A DNA stretch of 64,000 nt, from positions 1 to 64,000 of the forward strand of contig JAOZFT010000004.1 in assembly GCA_027492035.1 (NCBI GenBank). The letters run 5' to 3'. The position numbers were made by a program, and so were the translations under genes. The stretch is from Thermoproteota archaeon (GTDB taxonomy: Archaea > Korarchaeota > JAOZGF01 > JAOZFZ01). The notes under the pieces were generated by a model, which saw only the letters and a program-made list of their open reading frames with translations, had not been told where the DNA came from and searched no databases. Below are positions 1 to 9,200 of the stretch, one piece after another (position 1 is the first letter of the stretch; each line of letters begins with the position of its first letter).

Positions 1-1757
1 ACTGTGCTGTTTACTAAGGAAAGGAATTCGTTTGTTTTACCTGTACCTAAAACCAAAATGTTTCTTATTTTCCGCATGGAGCAGGAGAAGGTGCAGGGTT
101 CTAAGTTGTTTTCAGCCTCCTTTAACATTTCAGAAACTGTTTTAAGTATTTCTTCTTTGTTCATTCTCATTCCGAAAGGGTTAAAGCCACTCCTAAAACC
201 GTTAACAATATGTGAATCATCAGTTAATACTTCGCCGTTCCTCAACCCTTCTTTCAAAAAAACGTTTAGTATTTCTTCCCTCAACCCTTTAATTACATTG
301 TTTGCGTCAATGAGTAGATAACCGAACTTCTCTTTTCCAGTTTCTATTAAAAGGAACCTCAATCCTCCAGGTCCAACTCCTTCCCTTGGGTTGATTGTAA
401 CTGTTCTTTTCGAAACACCAACCCTTATTTCTGTATTTATCTCTTGGCTTGCTGATTTTACAGCTTCAGCAACAGCTTCCTCTAAAACAAAGGATTCCGG
501 CATATTTACTCTTAAAGGTTCAGCCCAGCTATCGATAGAGTTATGGGCATCAACAACAGCTGAACAGTTAAAACCTAAACTTCTAATCCTGTTCATTAGA
601 GCCCATCCTACAGCGAAACTTATGTCTTCAGTGTTTAAAGGAGATCTGGTCACAATTACTAGGGGGTAGTCACCGAAAATTTGACACTTAACGGTAAAGT
701 CACCCCTTTTCACTTCAACAAGTTTAGAGGCTTTGCTTTTCTCATTTCCGAGAGCTTCCTCAACTGAGGCATTCACTGCAGAAACCACTTTCAAGTTCTC
801 CTTTTTATTAGCTGGGTTTAAGTCAGGTGTACACGTCCCATGCAAAACAATAGGGCATTCAACTCCGTACCTTCTCTCCAGTTCATCCATGATAATAAAT
901 GGTAAGTTACTTCCCCCTATTGCTCCATAAGGGCCGGGGTGAATGTAAGGGGTAGTAATTACTGCCTTTAACTTTTTACCTGCCTTAAAAACCAAAGTTG
1001 AAACTAGGCTTTCTGAGTACTCCCCTATCCTAGTGAAGGCTCCTTCTATTTTGCCGCTTAAACCAACAGCTTCACTTAAGGCGTAATTTAGCATTTCAAC
1101 CATTCCAATCCCGTACCTAGTCTTTAAAGGAGCATTTATAACTTCTAAAAAAGCCCAGACGGCAAGAGTAACCACAACACCTGCAAAAATTACTCTTGGC
1201 AAACTTATCCATTCCCTGAAGGGGGGAACCACAAGCTCTTCCAAACTCCTTATCCTACCCAAAACCAGTAGTAGAAGAAAACTGAACCCCGGCTGGAAAG
1301 ATGAGGAAAACACACTTTTCAAAACTTTAAGGTTGCTTAAAACCAATAAGACAAGGAATTGCAGGGCAAAACCAACAATACAGCCAGCTATGAAGCCGTA
1401 AAGTCTTAAAACAACGATTGAGACATGGAAGAAAGGAAAAAGAAAGGGGAAAACAAGAACAAAGAAAGCAAGAACTAACTCGGTCACTAAAGAAAGGAAG
1501 AAGGACCTTTTTAAACTAAGTAATTCATTTCCACGCAACCAAAAACTATTTAACCCACTTGAAATGAATGCCGGTAAACTTAAAGTAGTGAAGCCAAAAA
1601 CTAAGCCATTAACAACCCTGAAAAGTACGGGAGTCATAGGCTGAAAAAGAAAAGAAACCACACCGGCAACTAAACCAACAACTAAGATTAGGGGGAAAGT
1701 GATTCTAAGACCTGGAATATAGAAAGTAAACTTGGTTAAATCTGAAGAAACTGGCAA
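1..1757 (-). CDS. DUF2070 family membrane protein (3' end runs off the window)
   Basis: Absent from the ORF track because it is truncated. TTG at 1757 follows a GGGGTG RBS. Translation MPVSSDLTKFTFYIPG..., hydrophobic N-terminal half, then HPGPYGAIGGSNLP, LIDANN and TDDSH motifs typical of DUF2070. Confidence 0.85.
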   Translation of the reverse strand, partial: MPVSSDLTKFTFYIPGLRITFPLILVVGLVAGVVSFLFQPMTPVLFRVVNGLVFGFTTLSLPAFISSGLNSFWLRGNELLSLKRSFFLSLVTELVLAFFVLVFPFLFPFFHVSIVVLRLYGFIAGCIVGFALQFLVLLVLSNLKVLKSVFSSSFQPGFSFLLLLVLGRIRSLEELVVPPFREWISLPRVIFAGVVVTLAVWAFLEVINAPLKTRYGIGMVEMLNYALSEAVGLSGKIEGAFTRIGEYSESLVSTLVFKAGKKLKAVITTPYIHPGPYGAIGGSNLPFIIMDELERRYGVECPIVLHGTCTPDLNPANKKENLKVVSAVNASVEEALGNEKSKASKLVEVKRGDFTVKCQIFGDYPLVIVTRSPLNTEDISFAVGWALMNRIRSLGFNCSAVVDAHNSIDSWAEPLRVNMPESFVLEEAVAEAVKSASQEINTEIRVGVSKRTVTINPREGVGPGGLRFLLIETGKEKFGYLLIDANNVIKGLREEILNVFLKEGLRNGEVLTDDSHIVNGFRSGFNPFGMRMNKEEILKTVSEMLKEAENNLEPCTFSCSMRKIRNILVLGTGKTNEFLSLVNST

Positions 1758-2474
1758 TCAATAACACCCCAACAAAAATAAACTTTAATTTAAATCCTAC
1801 TTAAACAAAAATTTTAAAAGTACATGTTTGCGAATGAAAGGGAGTTATAAGGGAAGCAGCAAAAAATCTCCTAGGAAGAGAATTAACAAAGAAAAAAGAC
1901 AGTTATTGTGGCTTAATATGGTTCAGGCTCCTCTAAAGGTAACCTGTAATCAACAAGAAGCAACAATTAAGGAGGAAAAAGAAATCACTACAACAGCACA
2001 CATAAAAAAACAAAGAGAGTAATTAATTCATTAAAAGGGCAGGTATAGAGACATAGCAGATAAGCTTGAGAATACAGAAGTTTCAGAAAGGTTCTACCAA
2101 GGAATTAGTAGACATCCCCACCTTTAAAAATTTCATTGGAAAGATGTGGTGTAGAGGTTTTAGAGACGAAGCTGCAGTTGTTAGTAGGGTGACAAGTGAG
2201 AAGAGATCGGATGTATTTGTTGTGTTTAAAGGATAAAGGGGGAGCTGGTGTTTACAATAATATCTAAAATTATCCAATTAAGAACATTACGGAGTGTATA
2301 GAGACATGCGAGAGATAAGTTTACAGGTGTGTCGGAGAGGGATGTTGAGCAGCTGATAAGGTATGAACTAAGGGATAAATTGGAAAGATACAAGCCTTGA
2401 AAGATTTACAAGAAAATCTGTAGAGACAGATGTGATTTTAAATTTTTTATACGGGTTATTATGTTGTAATAGAC

Positions 2475-2864
2475 CTATAAGAGACCTAACTTCTCCATTT
2501 CTTTAATTAGTGCCCGGTTTTTTAAACCGTAAAAAGCCCATTTTCCCCTTTTCCTTCTTTTAATCAAACCAGCTTTTTCCAGTATTCCTAAATGATAAGA
2601 GGCTGCAGGCTGAGTCAGTTCTAAAGCAGTCATTAATTCACAAACACACATTTCACGCAGTAAAAGAAGTTTAATTATCCTTATTCTTGTTGCGTCAGCT
2701 AAAGCTTTAAAAAACCAGCTTTTAGTTTCTGCATGTTCCTGGTTAGCTACTTCACCAGCTAATTGTTTAAATTCATTCCTATACTTTTCAACACCCCTCT
2801 CTATGCATATAGGTGATCCAACCAATTTTTTCCATTTCTCTTTTACTTTTTCTTCAGCCAACAT
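2475..2864 (-). CDS. ArsR/SmtB family metalloregulator
   Basis: FKALADATRIRII...EMCVCEL...QPAASYHLGILEKAGLI...GKWAFY; CVC alpha3 metal(loid) site. Confidence 0.93.
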   Translation of the reverse strand: MLAEEKVKEKWKKLVGSPICIERGVEKYRNEFKQLAGEVANQEHAETKSWFFKALADATRIRIIKLLLLREMCVCELMTALELTQPAASYHLGILEKAGLIKRRKRGKWAFYGLKNRALIKEMEKLGLL

Positions 2865-3477
2865 CAGGCAACTCCTACATATTCACTTCGAAAGATTTCT
2901 GAAAAAGATCAAAAATTCTAATAAAAAACATTTTTAAAAAATTAAACTTTTAAAAGGGGCTTTTACAGCACCACACCCTTCAATTTATTTCAGTTTGTAA
3001 AAGGAGGTTATAGAGAAATAGAGAGGGGAAAATTTTACGGATAAAAACAAACTATGAAGTGAAAACAGGGAATGCAAGGAACTCTGCAGAAATTTCTCAA
3101 TCAGCAGTTGAAAAACAGCAAAATTATATAGCTCAAGTAGAAAGCCCTTTAAAGTTATAAAAAAACGAATTACCAAAAACAAGTTAGGGATTAATTGACA
3201 AGTTAACCGAATCAGCACATCAACTCACACCTAAACATAAACTCATAATCTATGGCAAACCTTAGAAAGAAAGGGTTCATAGGAAATATATGGCGGAGAA
3301 GAAGCGTGGAGGCTTTTAAATAACCTCTCTAGGTTTTTTTTAAGTTGATGAAAGAAATGTTTTTCAAGTAAGGGTTAAAATGAAACAATAAAAGTTTAAG
3401 TCTTTGATTAGGCTTAAAATGAAAGATAGAATGGAAGGTATCTGCCAGAAAAAGAGTATATAGGCTTGTTTAAGCTT

Positions 3478-4401
3478 TTACTTTATTAAACCTGATCCGT
3501 CACAAGTTAAGGCTGTTTGTAAGTCTTGAAAACCTTCTCTGCAGCTTGAAAACTTTACATTGTATCTCTCAGTTAATTTCTTGACAGTAAGTATTATTTT
3601 CCTCCTTAATTGTTTGTTTAGATAGTGATAATTCTTTATTTTCACTCCTTCTACAAAATAGGTTTTTCTCCACCTTTTCTCCAGTTCAGGAAAGGCTTTA
3701 ACCATTCTTTCAAAATTATCTTTCTTAACTTTGTAAGTTGAAGAAATGATTTGTGAAACCCCTGCTGCAGAGGCTTCCTTAACAACTTCCTCTAAGTTTT
3801 CAACGGAATCTGTTAGGAAAGGGATGACCGGGTCTAACCTTACAGCTGTAGGTATAGAGTTTTCTTTTAACTCTTTTAAAGCCTCTATCCTTTTATAAGG
3901 AGGAGGAGCAAAAGGCTCAAGTTTCTTAGCTAATTCTTGGTTCATGGTGGTGATTGTAACTGTTACAGCAACCTTTATTTCACGCAATAAATCAATATCT
4001 CTCTTAACCAGGTTGGATTTCGTAACAATTAATACTTTAAATTTCTTCCTCCCCATTTTTAAAAGAACTTCCAAACTTCTCCTAGTTACTTGATTTCTCT
4101 CCTCTAAAAGTTGGTAAGGGTCTGTGCTGCTCGATATCTCAATCACAGAACCCGCAGGAAGTTTTAATAAGTCCCTTTTGAATAAACTTAAAGCATTTAA
4201 TTTGTTTCTAGGTCGGAAGAAGGATTTTATGTAGCTGGAGGAGTAGCAGTAAAGACAGCCATGGCTGCATCCAGTGTAGGGGTTGAAACTATATTTAAAC
4301 GGGCAAGTGCAGAGTTTAGATTTCCATGGATCGAAAGGGTTAACAACGTAGGTTTTAACGTTCCTGTTTACTCCCTCCATGCACCTTGTTCCCTCCGCCA
4401 A
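3478..4401 (-). CDS. Radical SAM protein, spore-photoproduct-lyase (SPL)-like family
   Basis: NPYTGCSHGCLYCY (CxxxCxxC), SSSTDPYQ, TKS and RLDPVIP motifs. Confidence 0.9.
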   Translation of the reverse strand: MAEGTRCMEGVNRNVKTYVVNPFDPWKSKLCTCPFKYSFNPYTGCSHGCLYCYSSSYIKSFFRPRNKLNALSLFKRDLLKLPAGSVIEISSSTDPYQLLEERNQVTRRSLEVLLKMGRKKFKVLIVTKSNLVKRDIDLLREIKVAVTVTITTMNQELAKKLEPFAPPPYKRIEALKELKENSIPTAVRLDPVIPFLTDSVENLEEVVKEASAAGVSQIISSTYKVKKDNFERMVKAFPELEKRWRKTYFVEGVKIKNYHYLNKQLRRKIILTVKKLTERYNVKFSSCREGFQDLQTALTCDGSGLIK

Positions 4402-4442
4402 AGCTATTATATTTAAAAAGACTCTTTAAAAATGGGTCTTGA

Positions 4443-4471
4443 GATTAAGGAGCCTATAAGGCTCCTTGATC
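4443..4471. promoter_or_regulatory. Strong inverted repeat/hairpin upstream of the radical SAM gene
   Basis: GATTAAGGAGCCT-ATA-AGGCTCCTTGATC: perfect 9-bp core extended by 4 pairs (one G:T). Confidence 0.45.
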
Positions 4472-4679
4472 AGAAACAGCAAAAAATTTGGAAGCAACTG
4501 CAGTTCTTCCTGCAGAATTGATTCAATAAATTTCTCCTTCCCTCTTCCACTCCTTACTTCCTTATTATCTTTCACTAAACCAGAAACTTGTTTGCAGCAA
4601 TGTGAGAAAATTAAAATTTACTACTTAAACTAAAGCTTTTGTTGGAAAAAAAATAGAAACCTTATTCTGAAGTCTGAAT

Positions 4680-5567
4680 TCATCGGTTTAAAAGGAAAGA
4701 GCTGCCTTTTTCGTAAAGTTTTTTCCTAGAGGCCTCCAGCAAAAGATCATCCACTCCCAGGTAACGAGCAGCAGTCATCACTTCTACTCCTGCTTCCTCC
4801 CCCTTCTCATAAACTTCTCTTAGAGACATTCTATAATTTAGTTCACGTGTTAAGTGATGGTCCAAAATAAGGGTTTTTACGTTAGTCTTTGTTATTACTT
4901 GCAACAGATTCCTTTTACTTTTCTCTAATTCTTTAAATGTGAAACCATTACCAAGTAGATAAGTTGGGGGGCCATCACAAATAATTATTTTAGGTTCTTC
5001 ATTTACTACATAGCTTGTAGCTTTATCATCAAGGAATCCTCCTACATCTGAAGTGAAAAGTATTTTCCCTTTACCTTTCTCGAAAGTTATCATTAAGATA
5101 TAGCCTAGAAAGGTTCCTTCCTCTCCGTGAGGTAGGGGAGGAGAAAATTTGAGGGTTAAATCTTCGAAAGTTAAGGTTTTAGAATCTGCATAAATGAGAA
5201 GTTTTGTTTTCTCCTTCATTTCGTTTTTGAAACGTACTCCCCTCATTTTTTGGTTGTGATTAATGCATTTATTTATGTCTTTAGCCAAAACAATTTTTCC
5301 CTCATAAATTTTTGAATTGTAACTGAAATGGTCCATGTGGTAGTGGGTCACTGTTACGATTTGGGTGTTTCTCGCCTCTTTTTCAAGCATTCCTCTGAAT
5401 TCTTTAAGTTTAGTTTTCTCTATTTCATGAGGAGGAAGTTTAAACCTCCACGCCCCTAAATCAGCCCAAGGATCAACTAAAACCTTCACTTTATTAGTTG
5501 AAACTTTGAAAGAAGAAGACCTAACACCTAAGGAATCAAAAACTAATGGAATGGGATGTAAAGACAT
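4680..5567 (-). CDS. Metallo-beta-lactamase-fold hydrolase, UPF0282 family
   Basis: FDSLGVRS, THYHMDH, PHG, TSDV, DGPPTY and LDHH motifs. Confidence 0.9.
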   Translation of the reverse strand: MSLHPIPLVFDSLGVRSSSFKVSTNKVKVLVDPWADLGAWRFKLPPHEIEKTKLKEFRGMLEKEARNTQIVTVTHYHMDHFSYNSKIYEGKIVLAKDINKCINHNQKMRGVRFKNEMKEKTKLLIYADSKTLTFEDLTLKFSPPLPHGEEGTFLGYILMITFEKGKGKILFTSDVGGFLDDKATSYVVNEEPKIIICDGPPTYLLGNGFTFKELEKSKRNLLQVITKTNVKTLILDHHLTRELNYRMSLREVYEKGEEAGVEVMTAARYLGVDDLLLEASRKKLYEKGSSFLLNR

Positions 5568-5850
5568 TTTTACTCCTCTATGAAAGGGAAACTTAAGGAT
5601 TAGTTATGTTTTCCAAAAATTTTTTAAGCTTTTAAACTTATAAGTGTACAAATTTCGTTTTAAACCGGTTTCTTAATAGAATATAAATCATTATTTTTTT
5701 CACTAACAAATCAACTAACGAATTTTTAGAGCGTATTTGATTGTTCTTCCCTGCCTTTAACAGTTAATAAACCAAGTTTTACAAGGCTTAGAAAACCTCT
5801 CGATTAACAAGTTTCATGAGAAGCTTCATTATTTTTAAGTTTTCACGTCT

Positions 5851-7329
5851 TTAACTTTTCAGTTCTTCCTTAATTTTTTCCTTAATTATTTCGCAAAGTG
5901 TTGTTGCAGTGATTTTTGCTTTTGTTTCTTCATTAACCATGTTTTTTATTAGTTTATGGATTATTTTGGAGGAACCTGACCCGTACTGGATTGCCTTCTT
6001 TTCTTTGTTAACTATTTCCTTTGGGAGGGAAATTTTTTCCGCTAATTTCCTCAGAATAACTTTCCTTAGTTTCTTGTTCCCAACTATTGCTATTTTTTGG
6101 TTTAACGGCAGATTTAAACTTATTTCAGCTAATTCTTCGTTTACGTATGGAGCATAGAGGTCTCTTGAGTGAAAGGAACAAATTAAGTTGTCTCTGTCAA
6201 CGTTTGTCCTCCACAAGTTTTTAACATCCATTGTCAGCATTTCTTTGAGCTCGTTCTCTTTATCCAGTATTTTTTCGTATTTTTTGTAGCCGCCAAACAG
6301 TTCATCGGCACCGTTACCTGTAATGTAATTATAGATTCCCTTCTCCTTTGCTGTTTCAGCTGAAAAGAAAAGAGGTGTGCCTATTGTTAAGTTTAAAGGG
6401 TTTACGTCTTCCATAGCTAACCCTATCTCAAACATTTTCTTTTCAACTAGTTCAGGTGTGATCTCTTTTTTTACAAGATTTAAACCAAGCAGTTCAGCAG
6501 CTTTTTCAGAGTTTTCAATGTCTAAACTGTTTCTCAACCCCACAGTTACAAGTGTTAAATCAATTTCTAAATCAGAGAAGATTTTGGCTAAGATGGAACT
6601 GTCTAATCCACCAGAGAAAGATAAAGCAACTTTTCCATAATTTATTAAGTTTAAGTAGTTGAGAATGTTTGTTTTAAGTTTTTGAAACACTAAATCAGAG
6701 TTGTAGATTAATGAACTTGAAACCGGAGAAAGTTTAAAACTGGAAAATTTGCAGCGTACAACATTTCCCCCGTTTTCACCGTTAAAGAAGAGGATTTCTT
6801 TTGGGGGAAGTTGGGAAGGGTTTTCTTCTCCGATGCTCCAAATGAATTTTCTTTCGGACGAAACAAGGAACAAATTTGCCCCTGTTGAATAGAAGAGTGG
6901 TTTACCAGCGAGGGTTCCTCTCACCACTAAAGCTTTTTTAAAATCAGTCAGAAGCAGCGAAAATTCCCCAGTTAACCTGTTTAAAACATTTCTTAATTTC
7001 TTAAACATATCCCTTCTTTGTAAGCATGAAACCAAATCCTCAAACAAATATTCTAGATCTTTTCTTCCTCGGTAGAAGGGAAAGCCGTTACAGAAAAGGA
7101 AACAACCGTCTCGGTTGATAGGTAACGTCTCTTCGCTGTTTCCGTAAAAGAACACAGTTGAACAAGTTAAGGAGCCCCCGTCTTTCCCTTTAATCTCCCT
7201 TCCTTTCTGTAACCCTTCCTCAAAGGAAAGAAAGTACTTGTAACCCCTTGAAACCAAATGTTTAAGAAAGGTTGAGACCTTAATTTCCCTCCTCCCCTCC
7301 TTTATGAATACACCGAAGAACCCGCCCAA
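5851..7329 (-). CDS. asnB: Asparagine synthetase B-like protein (glutaminase domain degenerate)
   Basis: SFSGGLDSS PP-loop, GNGADELFGGY and KKAIQYGSG. N-terminus is MGGFFG with no Cys2; TTG start follows a GGAGG RBS. Confidence 0.8.
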   Translation of the reverse strand: MGGFFGVFIKEGRREIKVSTFLKHLVSRGYKYFLSFEEGLQKGREIKGKDGGSLTCSTVFFYGNSEETLPINRDGCFLFCNGFPFYRGRKDLEYLFEDLVSCLQRRDMFKKLRNVLNRLTGEFSLLLTDFKKALVVRGTLAGKPLFYSTGANLFLVSSERKFIWSIGEENPSQLPPKEILFFNGENGGNVVRCKFSSFKLSPVSSSLIYNSDLVFQKLKTNILNYLNLINYGKVALSFSGGLDSSILAKIFSDLEIDLTLVTVGLRNSLDIENSEKAAELLGLNLVKKEITPELVEKKMFEIGLAMEDVNPLNLTIGTPLFFSAETAKEKGIYNYITGNGADELFGGYKKYEKILDKENELKEMLTMDVKNLWRTNVDRDNLICSFHSRDLYAPYVNEELAEISLNLPLNQKIAIVGNKKLRKVILRKLAEKISLPKEIVNKEKKAIQYGSGSSKIIHKLIKNMVNEETKAKITATTLCEIIKEKIKEELKS

Positions 7330-7367
7330 AATTTTTCTCCTCCTGCAAAAAAAGGAATGTGAAGAAA

Positions 7368-8105
7368 TTAAATTTTAAACTCCTCTCTCATCCATTGAAG
7401 AGTTGCTTCACCTGGGAGGACTATTACGTAGGATTCTCCACTTGAAATATTTGTTTCATAGACGCCCCATTCCCCCGAAAACCTCAACTGAGTGTCAAGG
7501 GTTGACTCGACAAGTAATATTGTTTCTTTAGGTTTAAAAATCCATAAATTAAGGCCTCCCTCCTTGTTTTTCAATGTTTTATTCCATTCAATCCGTAAGT
7601 GGCCATCCAGCTTTAATTTAGTGGGTGGAGAAGGATATTGCTCTGTTTTTAAACATGAAGGAACATTTAATTCTTCTCCCTCCCCTGTTTCCACTACAAC
7701 ACTTGGCTTTAAAACAATGAGAAGCACAGGTGTCTCAAGGTACATGCCCCTTCTTCGAAGATGAATTTTAAAGGGGTAACCGTTTATTTTTAATGTGTCA
7801 TTCAATTCCTGAACTGAAGAAGAGGGGTCAAAAACCCATTTCCTGAAAAGAAAAACACAGAAGTAACGACAAGAGATCACGTTTGCTTCTATAGATGACG
7901 TACGAGTACCAGCTCCACACCAGGTTTCAAAGTTAACTCCCCAATTTACTCCATCAAGTTCAACAACCCTTGGAGAAGTTTTCTTCACGCAACCTATCAA
8001 CAAGAAGGGAGTAATTGTTAAAGGGAGTAAATAACTTAGAGCCATGTACCTCCCAGTTTTCCCCTTTTTTCTAACGTTTCTAAGGAGAAAAGACGCTGCC
8101 TTCAA
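7368..8105 (-). CDS. Hypothetical protein, possible lipoprotein
   Basis: 245-aa ORF; basic N-terminus, hydrophobic stretch ending LLIGC, beta-rich remainder. Confidence 0.6.
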   Translation of the reverse strand: MKAASFLLRNVRKKGKTGRYMALSYLLPLTITPFLLIGCVKKTSPRVVELDGVNWGVNFETWCGAGTRTSSIEANVISCRYFCVFLFRKWVFDPSSSVQELNDTLKINGYPFKIHLRRRGMYLETPVLLIVLKPSVVVETGEGEELNVPSCLKTEQYPSPPTKLKLDGHLRIEWNKTLKNKEGGLNLWIFKPKETILLVESTLDTQLRFSGEWGVYETNISSGESYVIVLPGEATLQWMREEFKI

Positions 8106-8285
8106 TGCTGCACCTCAACTTTTTATCAAGTTTTAAACTAAGGGATAAAAAAAACTTAAGAGAGTTTAATTTTTATTTTTTTCCAGAAAAATCTTTTTGC
8201 AGTCTTTCCCCAATTGAAACTTAAAAATTCTTGACTTTACCTAAATAAATTATTTTCCTTTTAAAAAAGAAAGGAGGTTTCATTT

Positions 8286-9041
8286 TTGAATAAGGAAAAA
8301 AAATTGAGAATCGCATTAATTATAGCTGTTGCAGCTGCTTTTGTTTCAGGAATAGTTTTTACAGGTGCTTTAGGAAGAAACAGGTTAGAGAAGGGTGTAG
8401 ACACCAAAAATTCATCTTTAATAACACGTTTCCCTAAAGGAGTGTTAACAGCTAGGGAGGCATATGGACTCGCTTTAAAAAAGGCTTTAAACATTTCCAA
8501 CAAATCTGTTTTAACTGGACTTGTCTGTAGAAGTGTTTCTTTAGATGGAAGAAACATAAACAAGACCTTAAACCTTTACGGTTTCCCTGTAAAAGCTGGA
8601 ACATGGGAATTTACTTTTTACACCCCAGAGAAAATATTTTTCAAAGGTTTCGGAAACAAAAGTTTGCATTCCTTCAGAGTCTTAGTTGAAAATAACGGAA
8701 TCCATGTGGTTCCTGCAGGGGCTGAAAGGATACCCTCAATTAATAGCTTACCTAGTGTTTCAGAATGGCTGGTAGACAGTCCTGAAGCGGTGAAGATAGG
8801 GCTTAAAAATGGAGGAGAAGAATACTTAAAACAGTACAGTGACACAATAATAATGGTGCACCTGATAAGTAATTACTCGCTGAAATATATGAAACACCCC
8901 TTAATGAACAGCGGCGCACCTTGGGTATGGGAAGTAAATTTTGGGAGTTGTTTTTCAGCAGCAGAGCAACACTGCTTCATCGACGCCTCAACAGGTAAAG
9001 TTTTAAAAGTGGAGAGAAGAGGATTAGAAAGTCACAGTTAA
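8286..9041 (+). CDS. Secreted or membrane-anchored hypothetical protein with PepSY-like C-terminus
   Basis: GGAGG RBS, N-terminal TM/signal, DSPEAVKIG...WVWEV...FIDASTGKVL. Confidence 0.7.
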   Translation: MNKEKKLRIALIIAVAAAFVSGIVFTGALGRNRLEKGVDTKNSSLITRFPKGVLTAREAYGLALKKALNISNKSVLTGLVCRSVSLDGRNINKTLNLYGFPVKAGTWEFTFYTPEKIFFKGFGNKSLHSFRVLVENNGIHVVPAGAERIPSINSLPSVSEWLVDSPEAVKIGLKNGGEEYLKQYSDTIIMVHLISNYSLKYMKHPLMNSGAPWVWEVNFGSCFSAAEQHCFIDASTGKVLKVERRGLESHS

Positions 9042-9200
9042 GGGCAGATAAAGACAGTTAAAAGACGTTACTTTGCAACTTTGACTCTGAAAAGTGAAGG
9101 CATTACTTTAACAGTGAGTAGGAGTAGTTTAAACGTTAAGCAAAGAAAAAGAACAAGTTTTTTAAGGAGTAAAGCAGGAAAAAGGAGTGAAGGTGTAGGT

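Noticed and set aside
4-930. Plus-strand ORFs 4-321, 391-669 and 733-930, and the many similar short ORFs antisense to real genes across the window
   Set aside because: Shadows of genuine opposite-strand genes (here DUF2070); Ser/Phe/Leu-rich composition and no motifs.
2865-3477. ORF 2985-3218 and a possible ArsR operator near 2887-2903
   Set aside because: The ORF has no RBS or recognisable motif; the dyad is too imperfect to call in AT-rich DNA.
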